DNA of 20,000 bases, from positions 247,933 through 267,932 of the forward strand of contig JBDOQK010000052.1 of NCBI GenBank assembly GCA_040437565.1, written 5' to 3'. Positions 9,998 to 20,000 of this stretch are shown here, piece by piece. The notes under the pieces were generated by a model that searched no databases, had not been told where the DNA came from, and worked only from the letters and a program-made list of their open reading frames with translations. Origin of the DNA: Albugo candida (Eukaryota). The stretch's first letter is position 1; each line of letters begins with the position of its first letter. Position numbers and translations under genes: made by a program.

Positions 9998-12900
9998 TTA
10001 GTTGGCGAGAATAGTCGATTGTGCCTCATTCAAGTAGTGAATGTATCGAACATATCGCTTCAACTTGGAGTTGAAGTGTGCCATGGCAGACGCGAGATTG
10101 TCAGCCCTACTTTCATCCTGCTTTGAAACACTGCCACGAACTTCGACTCCTATTTCGAGTAATGCATCAAAAAGATTCCATGGTAGCCATGGAAGTTTTC
10201 GAATGTTGCTCTCTTTGATCCGTAGAACAAACTCTACTTCTGACTCGTGCACCAAATCATCTGGTATCATCGAAGCTGCGAGGTGAAATGCTTCAAGAAT
10301 GATTCCATGCCGTAAAAATATTTTCAATAGAGTCGTAGGACTGTGCTGTCGTAGCCATTCCATGAGCCATTTTGGCAAACGCCTATGTCTCACCTGCAAT
10401 TGATTACACCTTTGTCTAGCGTCTCCTTGTTCTAAATCCAGTAAGGTTCGAGCCGCTAGCTCCCAAACAGACATATCATTGTCGATACGATTTAATACTA
10501 ACCTGAGTAAGACGTAGCATAAGGATGAGGTATTTGACCTACTTGTCACACACATTGTTGAAATCGATCGAACGACGTGATAAATTTCCAATTTCTTTTT
10601 GTCCCTCTTGTGTGCGAGAATGGCCCATATTAGTTCTAGCGCTTGTGAAGCGATGCACTGTTTATCGTTCTTTGTCATGACAAGACCTGATTGTGTGACG
10701 AACGTAGAGTCATAATGGCGACAACAAAGTAATGCTGAATGGAGGAGCAAAGGTATAATGTCCGAAGATTCAAGCGGATAAAGAATACGAGCATCAACAA
10801 ACCCTCCATCTTCCATAAGGGAATTTAAACAATGACAATGTTGAAGGAGCCATACTTTGCCACTTAGTGTTGCCATTTCGGAAGCGATGTCAGCAAACGT
10901 GACGATGCTCAATGCCTCCTTACAATTCTCTTTCATGGTGCGGAAGCTCTCTGTAGAATGCGTGATAGGGCTTTGTTCTTTGCGAATCAATCTTTCCATT
11001 ATCTCTTCTCCCAAAAATTTTCTTGTCAGCCAGCGATGCTGTGAAGGTACACTCAGTAGCACATTATATGTTATCATAATTGCTTCATGCTGCAATGTCA
11101 TACACTGATGGATCAGTTGGGTGCAAGACAATGAAGTCCATTTCAAACGTAGATAGAGAGAGTACATAGTTGATGCAGCATGAACGGGTCGCCGGTTTCT
11201 CATGTTCAGTGCGTAGAGACTTTTATAGATGTCTACTACAGCCCAGTTGATTGTCAAAAAAGAAGTTTGATTGTGCTGATCTTTTGATGGAGTCGCTTTT
11301 TTCAAAACGTTGCAGTGTGCAGCATGCCACTCTAAGTACTTGTCGATTTGCTGCTCCGATGAAGCCCATTGGAATTCACATAGTAAATCAAGATGGCCAT
11401 GATGTATGCACTTTTTGACAAACTGGGAGACACATTCGACAATGCCATCTTGATTAGTTGTGACTTCATATGTCATCGCTTCCTTATCCTTTACCATTTG
11501 TTGTGCGTCGACACACTGACTAATTTCAGTCAGCCTCATTAATGCAACATGAGCGCTCCGAAGGTCAAGATTTTCTAGAGAGTACTTGAATATATTTATC
11601 CAAACCAAAGTTTGGAGTGCAGGGTCTTGGGCCATATACATCCCCCATGCCTGAGAATATAAAGAGTCTGAGTTTGGTACATGTAATGAATCATTTAACA
11701 CTTGCTCGTCGTGACTGAATTTTGCTGCCACCGTCCACAAAAATTGCAACAACTCTACTGAATAGTCTCTTGGAATGCATTCCTTTAAAACAGCAATGAC
11801 GCCACTAAGGAACTTCTTGATGGAAGTCGTTCCGGAAAAAACATCGTCCTCTTCCGCGACAACCGAAGGAAGACACCAGCTAAAGCACCGGATGGCTTGA
11901 CGAAAACAGCGGATTGCGTTTTCGTTTGTGTCTATAACTTCTGTATCATTCAGAGATGGATCTTTCGTCGTCAGGTTTCTCTTTGCTTCACTATAATACC
12001 TGTGGCCATCACGAGCAAAGCACTCCCCAATCTTGACCAGAATTGCAGGATGAAGGGTTGTCTCGGTAGTAACGCATTCGGCCAACTCGCCACTTGCGTC
12101 ACTTGTGCATATGCCATTGGTCATCATAGAGATTGCTAGTTGAAAGTAATTCTGCTCACAGAGATAATCGAGTAGCCCATCTCTCCCGTAATACACAAGA
12201 GATACCAATTCCATTACTGCGCATTTCAGTGAATTCTGAGATTTTGATGACGTTGAGAGAGTATCATTCGCATCTGAATATCTTATATCTGTATTTATGC
12301 TACCGCACTCGGGAAGCATATCTGTAGGAGAGGATCCGACGAAACATGACAGAGCACGTCTCCATGATGTAGATTCAGTCCACTGGGCATTATTTTCTTT
12401 TATATAACAGCCCAGAATACTAGATGTAGCGTTTGACGTGCTTTCATCGTTAATCGAGTCAATCTGTCCACTTGTCGGTGATGTTATACGTGTGATCAGC
12501 TTTGCCATAGTCCATTGTCGAAGAGATGTAATTGCTTCAGCCAAGAGGGTACTCTCCACGTACTCTAGAGTCCTTTTGGAAAGAAATATCGGACGATACT
12601 CTGACAGATAGGCGAGTAGTAATACAGTACTTGTAGAGTGCTGGTACATCAAGTCGACTGCATCGTTTACCGAAAATGCAAGCGATAAAATCAATTCGTT
12701 ACTTAGAGAGCGATGAACATGTGTTTTCGATTTTGGCGTCGGATAGCATTCATCGCTCTCCGGAGCCTCTTCATCAATTACTCCATCAACGGCGACTATA
12801 TCCATATTCAGAACAACCGACGAGTACTCCTTTGATACTCTACTCACGGGAGTTGTGGAGACCACCCAATCTGCCAATAGCTTACTCTGAAACTCTGGCT

Positions 12901-15578
12901 CTCCACATAGTATTGTACGAAGTTTCGTCACAAGATCCAGATTACATGGCGCGCCATAACCGTTTTCCGTATGGCCATACTCTACATTTCCAATATCGTT
13001 GAGACGGGTACAGTGTTTCGCCACATTCATGATCTCTTGACTTGCAGTTGAGCTCAGATATTCTAACATGCCAGTGCAGCCGACCAGTGTTTGGTTGACT
13101 TTGTATTGGACGCAAGAAAACTGGTGTCTATCGAACAATGGTAGCACTGAATTCTTGAGCATTTCGGCTCCCGAGGTTTTGCTTTTAAGTTGGTCTTCCA
13201 ACAAATACGAAGGAGCAGGCCACGACCAGGACACACGATTTCGGCACACCAACAGCGGTAAGCCTGAGAATGGAGCATGAATCGTGTTTGTGAAGCCAAG
13301 GAACTTGGATGCACGATGCCAAAACTGTTTCACATAATGAAAAGTGATTAATCAAATTGTCAAATATTTCATTGTGCGTCAGCAGACGTACGGTGATACA
13401 AGAGTCCAGTAAACGAGTCCATGACAGAAAGCGTTGCCATGAGAGATCTGTTACATTTGGAGCGATCTCTTGAACGGTATTCCTGTTTTCGCGTGGATCA
13501 GGACGAGCTCTGCCCTGTATTGCTTTAATCCAATTTTTGTCAACAGCCTTGACAAGTTCCTGCTCCAAGCTTAAACTCAATAGCGATCCAGAGGTATTGT
13601 CGCTAAAAATCTTCTCTTCCAGATTTTTCATGGCTTGTATTATGGATGAAGTAGATAAAAATGGTACATCGGAAATTCGACGAAGAAAAAAGTCCTACAA
13701 CGAGTTTGATCAGACATGGACGTCCTCTCAAGAGTGCACATACTTACATCGATTGCTTTCAGCTGATTCTTTTGCTGTTTTTTTTCAATACACCTAGCTT
13801 CACGAGACGCAAATTTCGGTACTTGCAATACTAGTGCCTGTAACAGATGACTTTCATCAGACCTCCATTGATCTAACGTTAAGCCTAGCGATTCCAGAAG
13901 TATTCCTGCCGTATATCTTGGTCCTGTTCGCCTCGTAGCTTCATTGTGCACAAAAACCCAATCTCGATCGTTATAACGCCAAGCGCTATACATGCGGCCT
14001 TGATCAAAACAAAGGTCGACGAACTTTGGAAAGACTGAGCCTCCACCCCACAAATTAGAATGTACTGTGAATTCTCGAGTCACTGTAAGAGTGAAAGTAT
14101 GTTTCGACGAGATCAAATCTCCTCGAAGTAAGAAAATAGCATTCGATCCGTCGAACGCCAAAAGGATTCGGCAATCATTTTGAGTACTATCGGGTAATAT
14201 AATGACTTTGGCAGCGGTTACAGGGTGGTTGTTAAGTGCCATTTCATGTGCTGGAAATTGTCTTATATTTTCTTCACGTTCATGTTCGCTTGACCCACAA
14301 AATAACGAGCTCAACGACTGAGTCCCGATGCAGCTACGAGTGTGATAGGACCATACTGCTAGCGTGAGGTCTGCGCTCAAAGAAACTAGAAGTAGATCTT
14401 TGAGGTGCCTGCTGGGAATATCAGTGATGCTTCCAGTCTCCTCTCGTTGACTTGCCGATATATCACTCGATGAGGCGACCAGGTAACCAATCGCAATGAT
14501 TGATTCTTCAAAACCTTGATCTAATTCACTTTGGAGATCTAAAGGATCTTTACCGCCATACTGTGTTACAGAATGTGAACGAGATTCATTGTCCACCTGA
14601 TTTCTTTTCGGTGTTCCCAAAATTCCGTGCCAAAACCAGCCGAGTAATGAAGTGTCGGAGAAAGTGAATTCGCAAATCTTTTTCTGGGATGATATTGATA
14701 CCGATGAATCGGTATCGACCGGGAGACTAGCTCCAATAAGTTGACCAGCCAAAGTACCGATTATTAAATTATGATCATCTATCCACAAAGCAGATGAAAT
14801 TGCATCGGTTGAAGTAACACCAGAGATGACCTGAAAGGAGTACGACAAATTCAGTACATCCGTTACACATTTTATCGACGCATCTTGTCTGGCCGCAGAT
14901 TTTCTTGATACTGATCCCTTCTGTTCCTCATGAATTGCGAACAGAGAATGAATTTCACTAAAATGTTGGATTTTTGAGTGTTTGCTAATGTCAGCTTCCT
15001 CACTTGTGATTCTGCCGCTCGGTTCAAAGAAGTACGTTAATTGATGTATAGTTCCATCAAAAGTAAGTATTGATATTGTCACGCTCCGTTGAATCAAATT
15101 TTCACTGACAAAAATTCCGTTGGGAATCACAGGTGCTGTGCAAAAAGAAGTCAAATAAGCAATTGTAGTCTTAATGTCATCGTACCGGGTAGATATATAA
15201 TCACAGAATTGTTTTTTAGGGTATGGTGCAGATCGAATTCTTGGAACTGCACTCTCTCCTCGTCGATCCTCCAGCTGCATCCGACGTATTAGTAATGGAA
15301 ATAGAACGTGGTTGATAATATCTGGCATCGTACCATATAGAACGTTGGCGAAGAAATATATCGTTAAAAAGGAATTGACCAGATCCGGAATCTGGACAGA
15401 AATCTACGCAGATACTTAGAAATAATATTTTGCGTATCAGAGATCTCGTACTCTTTAGATGTGATTCGGATAAAGTTTTATCTGTTTCTCTGTTATCATC
15501 ATGCGGTGAGGGAATCGCACAAGTTGGAACAGTTTCCGCGTTGTGGAAAAACGCAAATGGAGTTTCTTTCAGGTGCAT
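9998..15578 (-). CDS. NUP160: Nup160/Nup120-family nucleoporin (Y-complex), six predicted exons, ~1767 aa
   Basis: The ORF-track fragments join in frame through GT-AG introns. Exons: 15578-15452, 15403-15334, 15274-15186, 15135-13748, 13694-13392, 13324-9998. Introns: 48, 59, 50, 53, 67 nt. The spliced N-terminus RSICWRIDEERVQFQEFDLHHTLKNNSVIIYLPAPVIPNGIFVSE...ILTFDGTIHQL matches the Nup160 beta-propeller pattern (RFIYWR...LELxExSLDxNLxNN...ILPxGVxVxE...TVHRL). Also SADLTLAVWS, DDFFLRRI, LVWINIFKYSLE...AHVAL, AASTMY, LPKWL and WLPWNLFDALL, typical of the Nup160 solenoid and C-terminus. Family call is from remembered motifs. Confidence 0.85.
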
Positions 15579-15696
15579 TATACGAGAAGCGACTTGCACC
15601 AAAGAAATTTCGCGCGAGATAAAAACATGCTCTTCACGAACAGAGCATGCTCGCTCAAGTACGAATAGTACCGTAAACTCAGGGTAAGTAAGACTT

Positions 15697-17105
15697 TCAT
15701 TTTTGTAAATGCATGGCTGCAGCCAAACTCTGCTCTGCAATACTCTTTTCTTCATCAGTTGTGATTACCAGCACTTTGGTTTTTGATTCCGGTGCTTGTA
15801 TGTGGAAAGAATCTTTATCTCCAGACGAAAATTTGTTCAATTCTTCGTTTATTTTGAGCCCGACAAAATCCAAGTGCTGACAAATGCGAGATCGAATCAT
15901 TGAAGAATTTTCGCCTATGCCAGCCGTAAATACAACGGCATCCACATGTGGCGCTAACTGAATCCAATATGCTCCTAAGTATTTTCTTACGCGGTGCACA
16001 AAAGTTTCGATTGCGAGTTCTGCTGATTCGTCTTTCACATTCGTCTGTTCTCCTTTCAGAATACGGTCTTGAATCTGACGTATGTCGCTGTCGCCGCACA
16101 ATCCTTTCATGCCGCTTTCTTTGTTGAGTATAGTCTCAATATCTCTGACTGCAAGCCCAAGATTGTCAACCAGAAATGAGATTATGGCAGGATCGATATC
16201 GCCGGATCGTGTCCCCATGACGAGCCCTTCCAAAGGAGTAAATCCCATTGACGTGTCGATGCATCTACCTCTCTTCACAGCGGCCATGCTTGATCCATTT
16301 CCTAAATGGCACGAAATGATGTTCACCGTTTCAATCGGCTTCTGCAGAATTTGCGCAGCCTTCCGAACCACATATCGATGCGACGTGCCATGGAAACCGT
16401 AACGTCTAATTCTGTGCTGTTCATAAAGTTTTGAAGGCAACGCATACATGTACGCTGACGCTGGCAGTGTTGTATGAAATGCAGTATCGAAAACTGCCAC
16501 TTGAGGTACACCGTTCTTAAACAGCTTCAAAGCAGTTTCGATTCCCATAAGATTTGCTGGATTGTGCAAGGGAGCCAAGATGCATTTCTTCCGGATTACA
16601 TCAATTTTCTCTTTATCCAAAACAATTGCTTCACTGAACTCTTCACCTCCGTGAACGACGCGATGACCGACTAATTGAACCGAATTAATCAGCTCATCGG
16701 TTAGAAATGTGCCAATGACTTTTTCGAGTGCTATCTTGTGCGTGGGAATCTCGTAGTGGTCAATAATCCTTTTCGTGGTCGTTTGATGACAGTTATGCGT
16801 AATCTTGCCAGTCGATGCTGAGGATCCTCTATTTGATAGTTCCACAAGCCCTGAGACAACTGGATCGGAAACGGCATAAGGGCTCCTACTGCACTCAGTA
16901 TCATCAATCCGATAGAATTTGTATTTCAATGTGGAACTTCCTATGATACGATGTCGAAATCAAGCATTATTTATAAAAGCATCTACATCGTACCTGCATT
17001 CAAGATAAGAATCGATTTATCCTTCTGAAAACTTTTGTTAATTATGCATCGGGACCCAAAAGGTCTGATAGAATGAATTGCTCTGATATGAAACACAGAT
17101 TGCAT
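15697..17105 (-). CDS. ackA: Acetate kinase (AckA family, ASKHA superfamily), two exons, ~451 aa, with putative mitochondrial presequence
   Basis: Exon 1 17105-16994, intron 16993-16941 (53 nt, GTACGATG...CATAG), exon 2 16940-15697. Splicing restores the phosphate-1 motif ILILNAG|SSTLKY. Other hallmark motifs are intact: VGHRVVHGG, APLHNPA, VAVFDTAFH, RRYGFHGTSH, CHLGNGSS, DTSMGFTPLEGLVMGTRSGDIDP, FTAGIGENS, TDEE. Confidence 0.97.
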
Positions 17106-17421
17106 GCTAAGGATACTACTGGATGAATTTTGATAATAAGATGTCAGTGTGTATTTGATCTTTACAAAGTAGAACCTATCACAATATTCCTCCCGAAATC
17201 TCGGTAGTTGATCCGGACGGCAATTTGCTTCGAAAAAAGAAGCTACATTTCAATCTATCCCTCTGCTTGTTACTCGACCACAATACAAGAATACATTAGA
17301 ATGCCTATAGGGTATCACTTTGACATAATCTTGCGAGTGACAACAACTTTCAAGACTGCAGGAGTCCGGAGCATCTATCGGTACATCAATCCGAAGGCAA
17401 GAGAAAGACTATCTGTCGGAG

Positions 17422-18371
17422 TCATTGTTTTGGATTATTTAAAGACCGGGTATGGACAACAGGCAGACGTCCAGCTAGGATGACTTGGTACCGATTCGGT
17501 GCATACTCGACTATGGTCCTTGCAATAGCCAGCAATAAGACACCATGCTTCTCAGCTTCTATGCAGAGTGACGCGAATTGCGGATCATGTAGTGTTGACG
17601 GTGAGAATCGCTCGACATCATCTCGTTGCACCAAAAATACAATCGCAGCTTTGATTTGCTGGTTCGAAGCACACTTATCACGACTTTTTGTCACCAGTTC
17701 AATGAGTTCAGCAACATGCTTCTGTGCACGTTTTGATACAGTATCTGGGAATACAGCATAGTTCGACGTGGGCGCAAGCTCACTTTCTGTGTATGCGAGT
17801 GTCACGCTTTTGACTTCCACATAGGTCAGTTTTTGTTGTGCTTCGTATCCAAGGACGAAATCAACCCGACTTCTCTTAGTCCCAAAGCACACTTCACGCA
17901 TCACAGTAACATACTCACCAAGCTCAGGAAATAGTCGCATATTCAAAGCTTTATCTACCATTTGATTGGCGAGTGCCGAATGAATACCTACCCAGACTTT
18001 TTTTCTTCCATTCTGACAATGGAGAGTTAGACTTTGCCGTGCGCTATTTTTTAAGGAAAACGTACATCAACTTCGATCATTTCCAAAGTGTACTCATACT
18101 TCCTTTTTTTGTTATCGGATTTCGATAATAGCACTGCTGCTTTCGGAGCTTCGAGAAAATTGAGCATTGGACCGGTATTTGGGCAATATACGGTGATTAT
18201 TTGAGGGTTTATACTTGCTGAGCCGCTGACCACAACATCAGCTAGAAAACGCTTATATCGCCTTATCAGTTCGCCCCTTATCATTTTGCCATAATCATAA
18301 AGAACCTCGCAAGACTTGACGGAGAGTCGTTCTGCTTCAGATCTTGCTCGCTTAGTCGAGCGAGTTGACAT
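17422..18371 (-). CDS. sfsA: SfsA-family protein (sugar fermentation stimulation protein A; OB-fold + PD-(D/E)XK nuclease-like domain), two exons, ~298 aa
   Basis: Exon 1 18371-18066, intron 18065-18013 (53 nt, GTACGT...GTCTAAC...GTCAG), exon 2 18012-17422; phase-0 join EVD|NGRKKVWVGIHSALANQMV. SfsA motifs: RRYKRFLADV, YCPNTGPM, KRKYEYTLEM, SRVDF, YVEVKSVTL, FPDTVSKRAQKHVAEL, FLVQRDD, F-S-P....DP.FA. Confidence 0.93.
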
Positions 18372-20000
18372 TTTGTGATATTTGATGTAGCGTTCGCCTG
18401 TCGTCCTCGTCCTCGTCCCTACCTATATAAACCCGTCACATTTTACCGACCAACGGGTTGTATGGCCCATATCAGAACATAAGTATGATATGAAGATCCC
18501 TATTTCACTTTGACATGTACAACCAAGCTTGGATATACATGAGACGTAGACATTCCAATGTATCCATCATATTATGTACGACTGTAATAAATTTCGGCAG
18601 TGATGTCCAGGTCGTATTTTTCTTTATTTGATACAAATAAGCTTTTCTGAAACGCGTCGGCTTATGAATTAGCGGCATGTCTTTGCACTTGCAATCAATT
18701 CTCACTGCCTCAGTCAGAGTGATATCAACCTATGACTATCATAATCTCCAAGATAGGACTTTTAAAGCTATATTAGCTCAGAAAAGTCAGAAAACAATAT
18801 GCACGATACAAAAACATCTGTGTCTCACACTATAAATTTCTCCATCAACTTGCCAGATTTCCGGTTTCGCTGTCGATGATGATGACAATATATAACTTCT
18901 CAATATAAATAAGCCCGATAACATGAGACAAGGCTCAAAAATTGCAGCACAGATGTACAGAGAAAGATATGTGTCATATGGGAAGGTGTAGCTGGTAAAC
19001 GAGAAATGGAAGTCGACCGGAAAGATACCGCGACGACGAAGAGGGATGATCCTAGCGATTATCGCTTTTAATATCGCTGGTCTTGGCAGGAGTGACAACA
19101 AGCACATGACCAGGCCGCCTCGCATTATCATATCCGCCGCAGCATCGTGCTCTACAGTATCACATAAACGAAGCACCTAGATTTTCTACCAGTTTTGGCT
19201 GATCGTGACACCATATATAAATGCAAACATGATAAATCGACGACTCAGTCCGGCAAATATAGCTTACTCGGGCAAAAAGTAAGATCGATTTGAAGATTCA
19301 ACGGGGTTTGCATTCTTTACATTCAGCCAATAAGTGCCCAACTCCATAAAATGTGCTCTACTTTGTAAAAACGCCAGGTCTACAAGCAAACGTGTATAGA
19401 ATTTTGCGACTAACGACAATTCGGCTCGACTTTGCCTACTAGTAAACCAACTGAAGTAACGTCAAGTATGTCGAGGTCATCGTGAGATGACGTGCATCAA
19501 TTGACTTTAAAGCTCCTTACGTGGATATAGAGACGCAATAACATCTAATAACACAATTTCCCACGTCTCTTCCTCTTCGCATCCTAAGAATACGGGTCTG
19601 GCTTGCTGCGGAGGTCTCTAGGGCCGAATTCATTCAAGCTTACGGTCAATCTTTACTGAAAATGCATAATTTGATGGAATGGAATGTAGCGTGATGGTCT
19701 TTTTACACAAAATGCACCCCTAACGAATACGTGGAATACACTACAAACTATATACTCATTCAGTTCTCAGACCGCTAGTAGGTTTGATACCACTGAAACT
19801 TCGTTCACTCCTAAACAGGTCCTTTCTTATACCATTGCCTAAGGCTTCGGCGTTTTTCCGATTTCTATACCTGCAAATTTAAATGTGATTATAAGAGATT
19901 CTCTGGGTATCTGTTTGATGATGATGATACATCAGCTCCCTCCTCTGAAAGAAAAGCCTATCAGTCCAGAGGAGTACATTTCGGACGCGGAAATAAAAAA

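Noticed and set aside
13185..15755. Treating ORFs 13185..13631, 13640..15328 and 15216..15755 as separate genes or a frameshifted pseudogene
   Set aside because: Canonical short GT-AG introns join them in frame into one Nup160 gene.
15697..18371. Bacterial contamination or chimeric scaffold as the source of ackA and sfsA
   Set aside because: Both genes have spliceosomal introns of the same style as Nup160 and are contiguous with it, with no gap in between.
18505..19370. ORFs 18505..18705 and 18787..19176, and stop-interrupted plus-strand frames faintly recalling transposase/integrase fragments (e.g. NGVCILYIQPISAQLH near 19300-19350)
   Set aside because: Resemblance is too weak to support by eye; no intact DDE motif, TIRs or LTRs seen. 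A tBLASTn/HMM search against TE libraries would be needed.

Overview
Eukaryotic genomic scaffold, not prokaryotic. It carries five protein-coding genes, all on the minus strand, with very short GT-AG introns (48-67 nt) and three 100-N assembly gaps. Right to left the genes are: a spliced SfsA-family (OB-fold + PD-(D/E)XK nuclease-like) gene, a spliced bacterial-type acetate kinase with a likely mitochondrial presequence, a six-exon Nup160-like nucleoporin, the AP-3 adaptor beta subunit, and the 5' part of the flagellar protein CFAP47, which runs off the left edge and is missing from the supplied ORF track. Gene content, GTACG donors, tiny introns and tight packing suggest a compact-genome, zoospore-forming oomycete such as Albugo (inference, no search run). 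The most interesting element is the tandem pair of prokaryote-type genes sfsA and ackA: each has an intron and each has an apparently eukaryotic N-terminal targeting extension (NLS-like and mitochondrial-like respectively). Regions ~5.8-10.0 kb and ~18.4-20.0 kb have no supportable genes. The exact repeats flanking two of the gaps look like assembly artefacts.
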